From Mycoplasma mobile 163K (GTDB lineage: Bacteria; Bacillota_I; Bacilli_A; Mycoplasmatales; Metamycoplasmataceae): 32,000 nucleotides of DNA. The position numbers and the translations under genes are program-made. Location: NCBI RefSeq assembly GCF_000008365.1, contig NC_006908.1:150001-182000 (forward strand). The letters are read 5' to 3'. Shown here one piece after another: positions 1-12,668 of the stretch; position 1 is the stretch's first letter; each line of letters opens with the position of its first letter. Under the pieces are notes generated by a model that saw only the letters and a list, made by a program, of their open reading frames with translations, ran no database searches and was not told the DNA's origin.

Positions 1-3000
1 TCACATTGCAAAGACCACATCCAGCATGATCTAATCCTGGTTCTATTGCAAAAATTATCCCTGATGGTTTTGGTGGATTTAATATTTTAGGTTGGAATGT
101 AGATGTTGCAAAAAATGAAATTTATAACGCAAGAACCCCTTTAAATGCCGAAAATGGGCAATTGATAATGCCCGAACTTATTAATTTAATTGATGGAGGA
201 GGTTTTGGATTTTCTTATAGATATTCACAACAAATTCTTAGAACTTTTGATTCATATTTAATTAATGTTGATGGTAATGGTGAGATAAAAAACATTAATT
301 CTAATTGAGCCAATTCTTCTTTTATAAATGAAATAACAGGAGAAACCTCTCCTATTGTAAGGGAAAATCATAATTCATTAAGAGATATTGTTTATGATGG
401 TAATGGTGGTTATTATGGGATTACTGTTTCAAATACTCTAGTTCATTTAAATAATCAAGGTAATCAATTAAGTTGAAAATCAGATATTCCTAATAATGAT
501 GTAAGTTCAAATGGATACATATCAACAAGTTCATCTGATTTACAAACGATTTTAAATAATCAGCAAAATCAAGCCACTGCTTCAATATTAAGTTTGAAAA
601 ATCAATCTTTAATTTTGGCAACAAGAAATAATGTTAGAGTATTGCCATTTAATGGAACAAGCACTTCTAACTCTACTTTAAACATTGCTTTAGCCAATAA
701 TTTTATTATTGACAATATTCAAGAAGTAGATTCTAATACTTATTTACTTTCAGGAAATAATTCTTCTTCACAAAAAATTATTTATATTTTGAGATTTGGT
801 ATAGGTGGAGCACCAATTCTATCAAATCATCACATGATCGATTCAAATTCTTTAAAATCAAATGTATTAACAGGAAAAATATATCCTAATGGTCTTTTAG
901 CAATTATGGTTGCAAACAATACAAATGGAATAACATTTTTAGATTACAATTTTAATAATAATACAATAGGATTAAACCCTACTCAAAATTTCAATACAAA
1001 TATAGTTCCAACTAATGCTCAAATTGAAAATCTTGCAATTAGTCCACAAAATGAAAGTTTAGTTGTTGCTTATAGAATAAATAACAATCTTGGATTTAGA
1101 ATTTTTGGTGCTCTTTCTAGTCGTTATAGAACAAATACTCCATATTATAGTTCAACTCCTCTTAATCTTAGTGCATCATCGATCCACCTTCCTTATATTG
1201 ATATTACACCAAATGAAGCTTCAGGCATTTTTACAAATTCAGCTTTACCATTAAAATCAATAATTTCAAATACTTTTAATCGTAGTTCAGATACTTTCAA
1301 TGCTTCAGATGCCTCAAGGGGGAATACAGCTCTTATTTATTCATTAGGACAAAATATTTATAGTTTGAATTTTAATTCTCTTGGATCAGATCAATCTAAT
1401 AATGTAACTCAGTGAGGAATTCCAGTTGAAAAAGCTTTAAGTTTTACTAAATTAACTAATGCAAATTCTCTGAGAACATCTAATTCATCTACTCTTGTAA
1501 GTAGTGATTTTAGTATTTCAGCAATTGAATCAGATGGTGTAGGAGGATACATTATTGGTGGAAATAGTCCAATTTTAATGCGTTTAGGTCTTGTTAATGG
1601 TTTTTTACAATTGATTTCATATGAAAGTTATGCAGCCGAATTTAATAATTTAATTGTAAATACTATTCACTCAGATAGACAAGGGATGTTTATTGTCTCA
1701 GGCCAAAATGGTTTAGGGGCAGCAACAATACAAATAAATAGATTACTAACAAGAGGACTAATTGATATTGATAATCCTTATGGACAAACATTTACAGGAA
1801 GACCAACCGTAGCTCAAATTACAAACTTTTGAGAATCTTATAAAAATATTACTTCTGTTAATACAATAAGCAATGGTTTAGGAGTTGTTACTTTACAAAG
1901 ACATCAAGCTTACTTATTAAATAGAAAAGCTATTAAAATTCCAAAAAATACTTCTCTTTCAATTACAGATATTTTGAGATTTAAAGGAACTATTCCAAGT
2001 GTAGGGAATCAAGTAGGATTTACAATTAATGAAACAGATCTTTGAGGTGATTTAGGAAGAGATTATTATGGTAATATTGATGTTCAATATTCATTTGTAG
2101 GTTTTACAACTAATAATCAACAAAATTGAGTAACTGGATCAGATAATTTTGTTAATTTATTTAAATTAGATGCAAATTTCAGACCTCAACCCTCAGCAGG
2201 ATTTACTTTGAACGCACAGCAAATCCAAAGTTTCAGACCTCGACATTTAATGATTAGATATGTTGTTAATAATGATAGTTTAGTTCCAGGATTTTCATCT
2301 AATAATATTGCAATTAGTACAGAAGCTCTTTCAGTTAGAGGAAATTCAGAAGTAACTAGTGCTGATATGATTAAAGATTTAACTCTAAATCATATAATTT
2401 ATTTGCAATCTAACGCAACAGGAAATTTTATTGCTGATGGCAATAGTCCATTTAGACCTACAACGTCTAATTTTTGAAATTCTTTTTTCATTGGAGAGCC
2501 AAACAATACAAATATAAATTCTTTCAGATTAGTCCCTGCAGATTTAGGTAAATCTCTAAGTAATCAAAATTTGGAAATTGTTCTTCCAAGATCAATGACT
2601 GATATCCCTTCAATTCGTAATAGAGAAGTTGAAGTAAAATTTACCAATAATATAAATCCAACACCTACTTCAATATGATATACACTTGAAGAAATAAAAA
2701 ATGGTCAATTATTCATTGATTCAAACACAAAATTGTCATGATCATTTTTTACAAGACAAGGACAACGAATTACAGCAGTAGATTCAAATAATCAACTTGG
2801 AAATGGAGTTTTTGGAAATTTACAAACAACACCTCATGAGATTAATAATGAGCAAATTATTCCAATCAATATCCCTAATTCAAGTGTAAGAGATTGAAAC
2901 ATCACTTTAGGTGGAGATACTAAAAACATTACAATTATTAATTCAAATACAAATGCTCAAGTACAAGAACATTTAGAGTTACAATATGCAATTGGATCAA

Positions 3001-6000
3001 TAAATGAAAATAATGTTTTTGTTCCTAGAATTTTTAATGGAAATATTTGATTTAAAGATACAGATTTTTCAAATGCTTTAAAAAATAATTCAATCGATAT
3101 AACTCTTGGAAACAATTTTATTTATGCAAGAGTAGTTTTAAAAAATGTGCCGAATAAAACAATAGTTGTTTCAGGAAATGAGCAAATTAACACAATAAAT
3201 CAATCAGGTATTACATTTTCATTTAATACAGGGGAAAATGGGCTTCCAATTTTAAATGGAACTCAAATTTTTGATGGGCAAAATTTTACCCCAGTTTCAA
3301 ATGCAAAAGGTCTTGTAAAAATTTTCTACAATGCAACTCGTGATTTTGAAACTTTAAAATCAACAAGTGTTATAGTAGGTGGTTCTGATTCAAAAAATTT
3401 ATCAATTAATTTTGGTCAATTATCTTTAAGTTCATTAAGATCAAGTGGAATAGATGTTCAATTCTCAATCAATAATGGAACAACTTGAGAATCATATTTA
3501 GTTGAAGGACAACTTATTGATGCTTCTGTTTCTAATGATCCTACTAAAGTTTCTTTAAGATTATTTCCAAGAAATAATTTTGCTACAGAAATTAGCACTC
3601 AAGCTCTTGTAGTTAAAAATGTTCAAGCTAGAATTTTAATTAGTGGACTAAATATTAATAACTTAAGAGATGCAAACCTTGTAAATTTAAGTGGAAACAC
3701 AAGAGATTTAGCTATCAATGTTGATCAAAACGTTTATAGAGGTGCCACCGGAAATTCAACAACTCCAATTACAAATATTGTTCAGGTACGTTTTGCTATT
3801 AATGGAGTTTTAGGTGGAACATTTTTTGAAAAAGATGAATTCTTAAGAGAATTAAGAAGTTTACCTCGTTCAATTTTAAATGCAATTAGACCAGGCGATT
3901 TTAGAGTTAGTTTTATTCTTTTAAATAATGAAGATTTTTCACTAGAAGAAGGATTATCAACTCCGCAAATCCCAAATATTACGAATGTTAAGCGTTTAGT
4001 TGATTTATTTGATCATGTTAATTTAGCTAATGGTAGTTCAATTGTATCTTCAGGATCAACATCTAGATTAAGTCTTTCTAATCCGAATTCTTTACTTTCT
4101 GAAACTACATTAACTCAATTGGGAATTGTTCTTGAATACGGTTCATATAGATATAGAGCAAATGGCGATAAAATTGATGTTAATTATGTATGAGAAACAA
4201 TAATTCCAACAGCTATTAGTTCAGCTACTCCTGATAGAACAAATCAGAATTTCAATTTTGCTCCAAATATTAATTCAAATGCTTTTTCTTTGGCATTTAG
4301 ATTTAAAATAATCGATGAAAACACTACTATTATTGTCAATGGGAATAGTAATATTGTAAATCCTGGAGTAGATGGAGATTTAGGATTTTCAATTAATACA
4401 AATTCTTTAACTAAGGATATTATTTTTGGTACAACAACAACATCTAATTTTATAAACCCAAATGATTTACAAAAAATAGTTTTAACTGGAACTACATTAA
4501 ATATAAATCAACTTATTTCTCATAGTGAAAATAATCTATTAAATTCAATTATACAAACAGATATTAGAAATGTTCTAAGAGTAGAATATTCTTTTGATAG
4601 TTCAAATTTTTATGATTTTGAAACATTCAAAAAAGAAGCAAATGAACACCAAAAAAATAATGAGAATTGATCTTTAGAATATAAAAATATACTTTTACCA
4701 AACGGAACCAGAACAGATATTCAAGGTTTTGGAAATATTAAAAAGATTTTTGTAAAATTTGAAGTAAAACCAGAACATAGATCTCAATTCACAATACCTC
4801 AAAATCAATCTAGAGAAGCAAACATTTCAGGTTTAACAAATGGCACACACATTTTAGGAAATGCATTACAATCTTCATATGATATTTCTAAATGATTGAA
4901 TATTTTGAATACAACTCCAATTACAGTTGCTCCAGGTTCAACTTCTGATAATGTTTCAGGATTAGTATTACCTACTCCAATAGAAGGTTTAAGTGTTCAA
5001 GATGCAATTAACCAATTAAGTCAAAGAGGATATATTGTAGAATTTAATGCTCCAAGCGGACAAAATCCAGCTCTTTGAGTTACAAATTTAAATTTAATTA
5101 CTTCTGTAGGGAATAGTCGTATTATTCGTGTAAGAGTAGTTCCAATAGGATTTAGACAAGGTACTGCAGTTGCTGGTAATTTGACAACTGGAGAAATTTC
5201 AAATGGTTATACAAATATAATAAGACCAAATTATATAAATACAACAAATCCTTATTCATTTAATGATGGAATTGATGTAAGAGTTAGTGTACCAACAACA
5301 CTTACAATTTCCAATCCAAGTATTGCTTTATTAAATGAAATTAAACCTTCTGGAAATACAAATCAAATAATTTTAGCAAGCCAAAATAATATTGATGCAA
5401 TTAGAAATAGTCTACTAGCAAATGGGATTATTTTAAATATTCCAGGTGTAGCAAGTGGAACTGTTGAACTTCAATATGCGATTGGTAATCAAGGTGCAAC
5501 AGATTTAGGAACTGAAAGTACTCATTTAAGACAACTAACAAATTCAAGAACTTCAAGATGATATAATGCTGCTGATTTTTCAAAATTTTTAAAAGAATTT
5601 GTAAATCAAAATGCTTTAAATGCTATTTTAGGAAATAATTTGAATATTTATGTTCGTTATGGCCTAACCTCTTCTCCTGCTTTAGGAGTAGAGGGACAAA
5701 TAGAAGGTCTTTTAACAGATAATGAAAATCAATTGAATCAATTTAGAGTTCAAAATCCAAGTCCTACTTTATTAACTTCGACCACTCAAGGGTTCATTAA
5801 TGTAGATCGAATAATTTCTGATATTTCTGCTGCTAATGCACTTTCATTTAATAATGCAAATCCAAATATTCTTTCAAATTCAATTTTCAAGATTGATTTA
5901 CCTCTTTCTTTAACCGAAGAAGGAATCAATGATGTTTCACAATTTTTAAGAACTAACAACTTAGCACTTGAATTTAGTGTAGGTCAAAATGCAGGTTTAG

Positions 6001-9000
6001 ATTTTGCAGAGTGAATTAATTTAGACCAATTTAATGCTGTTCCTTCAACAACTGTAAATTTTGGGAATCCTCCTAGATTGGTTTTTAGAATTAGAAATAC
6101 AAACCCCACATCTTTTGTTATTTATTCTCAAACTTCTATGACTAATTCATTAGTTTCTGTAAATATTGAAGCAAAATTAGATAATATAAATGTGAGTTTA
6201 AATTTAAGTTCTGCAGATATTAATAGAGTTCAATTTAGTGGAACAACTTCAAATTTAGTGATTAATGATGAATCTGCAACAAGTAATTTTTATGTTGCAA
6301 ATGGAGATGTTGAGCTTCAATATTCATTAGTAAAAAGAGCAAATGGTATTGACTTAGCTTTTGCAATTCCAGGTCAAAACTCACTTTGATTAAATAAAAA
6401 TACATTTAGTAATTCTTTAGCAAGATGAATTCCTACAACTTTTAATGCAACAACAGGAATTCCAATTTTAGATAATGTATTTACATTAAATTTAAACTAC
6501 AATGCAGCTAATTTCCAAGAAGATACTTTCAAAATAGTTGCAAGATATGTAATCACAACTCAAGGATTGACAAAAAGATTAAGTTTCACTCCTGATTTTA
6601 GAAATCCAACTAGATTAAACGAATCAAATATAGTTAATATAAATATTTCTAATTGATCAACAGTTAAAACTATAATTAATTTAAGTTCTTTAGTAAATTA
6701 TTTATCAAGACAAAATACAATTATTAATTTTGGGAATTCAATTGATTCTTCAAATATTACAAGTATTATTTTACCTGATCCTTTAAACCAAAATCCTAGC
6801 TCAATCACAAGTAGAACCTTAGTAAGATTCTTAACTAATAATGGCTTTGAAATTAAGTATGCATTTGGTAATAATGCTAATCTAGTTATTGCAAATTACA
6901 CTACTAATTGAAATTCCAATTTTCAAGCAAATCCAATTTCTTTATTAAGAACTAATGGAACTTCTGTTTTAGGGATTTTATTGAATTCGACAAATAGTAA
7001 TTTTGAAATTATTAATTCTGCTAATAATCCTACAACCACCCCAATTCTTAAAGAAGGTAATTCAATTAATATTCCTACTTTAATTAATCTTCCAAATTTA
7101 GAAATAGAAGCTTCAAGAATCATTTTTAATGCAAATGATTCACAACCACTAAGCTCTAGATTTTTAACAATTGATGATTCAAGTCTATTAGGATTAATTA
7201 GAAATAATGATAATTTTCCAAACAATGAACAAGTAATATTAGAATACTCAAATGGGTCATCATTATTACCAAATAGTTCAGAAATTTGATTCTCAAAAGA
7301 AAACTTTATTAGAAATCTTGCCCAAAACAGACCATCTTCTTTAATAACACCAAATAGAATTTTTGTAAGGTATGGTTTAATCGATAGAACTTCAAATAGT
7401 TTTAGAGTACCAACTTTTAATTCTCGTTTAACAATTGATCCAAATTCAGATTTAATTGATGGAGTATTTATTCCTAATTCAACCAATTTAAAAAGTCATG
7501 TTGATTTATCTATTCAATTAAGTGCTTTAACATCAGGAACTAGAGGAGGAGCAATTACTTTTCCAAATGGAGCAACAACAGCACGTTTAGGAAATGCTAC
7601 TTTAACTGGAGATATTAGTTTTGGAGGAATAATTTCACCTCTGTCTGCTTTAGGGATTCAATTGCAATTTTCAGCAGATAATACAACTTGATTCACTTAT
7701 GACCCAAATAATTTTCAACCACAATCTTTAATCCCAAACAATACTTTGTTTGCAAGATTTAATCTTACAACTGCCAATGCAACAAATAATTTTGTTTTAT
7801 CAAGTGAAGAATTTGTTAATGTAGAAATTGCTTCAACAGTAAAACTAGCACTAATTTTAGATGCTAATTTACTAACAAATATTAATTTAAGTGGGAACAA
7901 TAAATTTATAAACATTGATGGATCAGATATTTTAAATCCAAATAGTTCTTTTAATGTTCAACTTCAAACTATATTAGACAATGCAAATTCATCTTTATTA
8001 AAATGAGGAATTCAAAATATTGGAGATTTATCAGTACAATTTTCTTCTACATTTTCAAGTAGTGCAAATTTAGGGCCAAATAATTGATTAACTAAAGAAA
8101 ATTTTATTAGAGAATTTGCAAATAATTTGGGGACTTTTACTGAAGCTCCAATTAATTTAGAAATTAGAGCTAGATATTTCTTTACAAATCCTTTAAATAT
8201 CAATTTAGCAACAGCATCATCAAATCTAGAAACAAGTATCGGGAATACTATAGTTGCTTTAACAGATTTAAGCAATCGTTCAATACGTGCAATAAATTCA
8301 AGTAGTAATATAAAAATTTTTATTAATACTAATGAATTTATTGAAGCATTAAGAAATGGACAAACAAGATTCGAACTAGGTTCAACATCTTCAAATATTA
8401 GAGGTGTTCCAATTCTTCCGAATAATTTTAACAATGAAATATTGAATCTTTTATCTTCAAGATATGGAATCATTGCTCAATTCGGAACCTCAAATTCTTC
8501 AGCTGAAATTCCTATTGTTTGATCTAATAGTTTAATTAGTTCATTACAAACAGACATAAATAATAAGCCTATTTTATGAATGCGTTTTGTAGCAGAAAAT
8601 GTAAAAGGTATTGTTCCAACTGTTGAAGAACCAATTACAACTCAAGTACATGTAGGTACTTTTGGTACACCAATTTTATTACAACCAATAATTCCTATTT
8701 CTGTCGAAACAAATAGCGCCCATTTAAGATTTGTTAGAATTACAGGGAATACAAAAAACATTAACATAAACATCAATGAAGCACTAGCGCTTGCTCCTGC
8801 TCTTTCAAGAGATAAATTAACTGTAGAATTTTCAATTGGAGGAAATCCTTCTAATATTGCAAATAATAAAGTTGTAGAATTGATTCCTGGTCAAATTTGA
8901 TACAAACATAGAGAATTTGAAGCAGCTTTAGCAAATTATCCTAAAAATATCTTACATGGTAATTTAATTTACATGAGATGAGCATTTTCTGGCAATCAAA

Positions 9001-12000
9001 ACAATGAAGGAGAACAAATTTTAGATTCAAGTTCAATTTTATATGTTCCTTCTATTGACAATGGTAATTCAAGTTTTGCAGTATTTGCAGATATTACAAA
9101 ATACTTTGAACAGCTGCAAAATATTACTTTAGGTGGAACAACTAATTCTCCATTTTTTGCAAATGTTCCATCATTACTACAAGCAAATCCTGAATTATTT
9201 GAAAATATTCCAAATGATCCAGTTGATTTCTTGTTCCCTGGCTTAGAATTAGAATTTTCTCAATTTGCAGAAGGTCCATGACAAAAAACACCTTTATCTT
9301 CAATTGTTCTTACAAATAATTATTTTGTAAGATTAGTTTCAAATAGTATAGTTAGAATTAATTATGTATTTTCTTTTTCGCCTACTTCAGATATTGTAAC
9401 ATTTACAAGTCCAGTTAAATTAGACACAACAAATGTTAAAACAATTGTAAATGTTCCTCCGGTTACACAATTACAAAATATTGCTAATATTTCATTCAGT
9501 GGCACATTAAATAATTTAATAATTACTGAGAACATTAATGAAATTAGATCATTGATTGAAAATCTAAATCCTATAAATAAAAATTTAGCAAATAACATTG
9601 TAATTCAATATTCATATTTTGAAAATCCTACAAGTAATCAATGATTCAACAAGGAAAATTTCATCAATGAATTAAGTAGATTAAAAGGAAGAGTTTCTGA
9701 AAGTGAATTCATTATTTTAAAAAGTCAAATCAAAATTAAATATGCAATTAATAATTCATCATTTATTGTTGGTATGAATGACTCGCCTATTGATGATTTG
9801 CAATCACAAACAAATATTTCTTTAATACAACAAAATAGTTTCAGTGGATTAATTAATTTAGATTCATCACCACTATCATTATTTAAAAAAGTGATATTAT
9901 CAGGAACTCACAATAATTATTCTCTAAATTTTGATGGCCTTTCTAGAGAAGCAATGAAAAGTATCTTAGATAGATATACTTCAATTTCACTTCAAACTCC
10001 TTTTAGTATTTATATTACAAATACTGCTGGAGAAGGAATCCCTTCATTTGAAGAAGGAAGATTAATTTATAGATCTAATAATCCTTTAGTTCTTGAAAAC
10101 ATAACAAATTTTCCTCTTGATTTAGGAAATACAATCCCTGAAGAATTGCCTTTATTCATTCGTTTTGTTCCGAATCCAACTAGTGCTGATGTTGCAAATA
10201 CATATAGAATTTTAAATGAAGGAAATTTATTGGATGTAAATCAAGGAATCCAATTTAGAATTAAAGTTTCTGTAGATCCAATTAATCCATTTAGAATCGA
10301 TTTAAAAAGTGTTGTAGATACAATTTTCGCAAATCAATTATCAAATTTTGCTTCTCAAATAGTTGCAAATCCAAATGAAACATTTACAATTCAAGGTAAT
10401 TCAACTTTAGCATTAACTAATGGTGGATCAATAATTAGTAATCCAAAAGAATTCTTTAATGAATTGGATTTAAATGATGCTGAATTTTTAGCATTCCAAT
10501 ATTTTGTTTCAAACTCAAGATTAAGCCCTCAAGAAATTGCTAATTTAAGATTAAGCACTTCAAGTTCATTTTTTACTCAAGAAATTCCTTCAAATTTAAA
10601 ATCAGGTCAATTTGTTTATATAAGAGTAGGAATTGATCAAAATAATCCAAAAGCAAATTCTTTAGAAGTTTCAAATTCATCTATTATTACTGAAGTCTTA
10701 GTTACAAATTTAGCAATTGACTTAGTAAGATCTCCATTAAATTGAGATTTTGTAGATTTTGAAAATGTTACAGGAACTATTCCGTTTAGCGGGACATCAT
10801 TTATAAATAATTTAATATTAAATGTTGATCAAAATGAAAACTTTAGAGGTGTTGGAATAAGAATTTTTAACAATTTTACTTATTTAACAAATACAGGACA
10901 AGAAGTAATTTTTACAAATTCAAATCCACCAACACAAGATGTTTTAAATACATTGTTGAAAATCAATGGAGCTTTTGTTGTAAAAACTCAAATCGGAATC
11001 CCTTCTAATGGTGACAAAGAATTAAAACTCATTAATGATCAAGGATCAGAAGCAGGAATTACTTATTGAGTAAATTCTCAAGGTGTGCCACTTCCTCCAT
11101 TGCAAAGAGCAATTAATGTAAATGAAGATTTATTTTTCCAACTTACAAGAAATCCAGATGGTCAAATTAGTTTTGCTCAAAATAGATCATTGGCAAATTT
11201 TGAACTATTTAATATTTATGCAGAAGCAACTATTTCATATCAATTTATAGCTTTAGATGGATTTAGTGGCTTTATTAATACTGAAAATACAACAATTTTA
11301 GATCTTTTATCTCAAATTCAAGAATTCAAAGTTCCAAGCGGTGAAATTAAAAATCAAATAAATGGAATTTCACAATTCGAAGTTTTAATGCCTCAAATTG
11401 TTCATAGCACATCTCCTTTAAATTTACCTCCTATTAGTGGAATTTCAACTTTTGCAAATTTAGTTGTTAATAGAAATGGTGTGCAAATAGACTCGAATAA
11501 TTTAATTAATAATTTATCTCAAAATCTTTTAAGCATTGAAATAATTCTTACAAAAACAATAAATGGAGAACAAAAACAAACAATTTTTAGTGTCCAAAAT
11601 GGAAGAATTGATTTTCCAACAAATCTTGAAAATGGTGATTTAGTAACAATTCAAATAATCCCATTGAATTCAAATTTCTTTGCTATTAGTTATTTAGAAA
11701 AACCTAATTTAAGAGAAACTTTCACAATTTCAGGTCTTGAAGTTGATCCAGGATTAGAAGCATTTAAATTCTTAAGAACTGGTTTCAACATCAATAACAA
11801 TTCTCCTGTAAGTGGAAGAGGAAGTTTTGAAGTTTTATCAAATGATCCTCAAGATCCATTCAATGCTCTTAAAGATCCTGTTAATAGAAATTCAAATTTA
11901 CAATGAAATTATTCAATTTTTAGACCAAAAGCTAATCAAGATGGAACTTTTGGTCCTGAATATGAAGTTATTAGTTTCGAAAGAAATGAAAAACCGATTT

Positions 12001-12665
12001 CATTAAAAAATGGAGATATTGTTCAATGAATACTTGCTTTAAAGAACAATGAAAATGGCGGAATTATTACAACAACATATAATAATGCTATTGCAAGTCC
12101 TTTTGGAACTCCTCAAGTTTCAAAATTAAGAATAGATAAACCAGGCCTATTTTTTACAAGATTAATAAATGGAGTCCCAAGAAGAATTGATTTAACTGAA
12201 GGATTTTTAGTTTCAGGATTAAAAGAATCTTTAAGTATTCCTAATGATTTTAATTTAAATGCTATTTCAATTTCTTTTATAGGACAAAATCAAATAGGAT
12301 CTTTTGAAGCAAATACATCTAATTTAAATATTCCAGAAAAAACAATTATTACGTATTTCAAAAGAGGCGAAAATGGAGAAGAAATTCAAATTTTCCCAAA
12401 TTCAACATCTACTAATTTATCAAATGGAGAAACTATTATAATTAGATTGCAATTAGATCCACAATTTAATAATGATTTTGCTTTAGATGTACCTTCAGGA
12501 GCAATTATTGAAATAAATCAAATTGTTTCAGGTTTAATTGAACAATCAAATCCTGGAGCACAAATTGCAATTATTACAGCAGCTTCAGTTGCAACAATTC
12601 TTACTCTAGGTTTAGGTGTTTTATCACTAATAATTATTAGAAGAAGAAAATTAAAAGGAAAATAA
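1..12665 (+). CDS. gli521: Giant surface protein, 5'-partial (4,220 codons in window), Gli521-type gliding-machinery protein with C-terminal membrane anchor
   Basis: All 16 large + strand fragments from 594 to 12665 are in the same frame (start divisible by 3). Each fragment ends at TGA. Hand translation of 3-600 and 6387-6981 shows only TGA interruptions. TAA stop at 12663-12665. The only hydrophobic helix sits at the extreme C-terminus. Size and synteny with a 356-aa downstream gene match my recollection of M. mobile gli521-p42. Confidence 0.8.
2043..9690 (+). repeat. Protein-level tandem array of about 19-20 divergent modules (about 120-180 aa each) inside the giant ORF
   Basis: The recurring order is phi-[SGT]-G-[NT]-T-x-x-phi-x-I (e.g. 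LSGNTRDLAINV, ITGNTKNININI, FSGTTSNLVIND), then phi-[EQ]-[YF]-[SA] (VELQYA, VELQYS, LRVEYS, LALEFS, LTVEFS, IDVQFS), then a UGA-encoded Trp. The Trp is often followed by [FYL]-x-K-E-N-F-I (WFSKENFIRNL at 7287, WLTKENFIREF at 8085, WFNKENFINEL at 9642). Confidence 0.65.
12564..12638 (+). other. C-terminal transmembrane anchor of the giant protein, followed by the basic tail RRRKLKGK
   Basis: IAIITAASVATILTLGLGVLSLIII is an uninterrupted hydrophobic stretch. It is followed by 8 mostly basic residues and then the stop codon. Confidence 0.8.
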
Positions 12666-12668
12666 AAT

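Noticed and set aside
6923-7486. Minus-strand ORFs inside the giant gene (6923-7486, 7715-7915, 8012-8473, 9362-9598).
   Set aside because: They are antisense to a strongly supported CDS. Their products are Leu/Phe/Ile/Lys-rich, as expected from the reverse complement of an Asn/Glu/Ile-rich AT-rich gene. None has an SD or promoter.
594-11906. The string of 16 medium-sized + strand ORFs could be read as a decayed pseudogene or a family of small genes.
   Set aside because: All are in one frame and separated only by TGA, and the flanking housekeeping genes prove UGA = Trp. It is one continuous CDS.
11812-12006. Alternative-frame + strand ORF (64 aa) overlapping the giant gene.
   Set aside because: It is out of frame with the main ORF, low-complexity, and has no start context. 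It is a typical chance ORF in AT-rich DNA.
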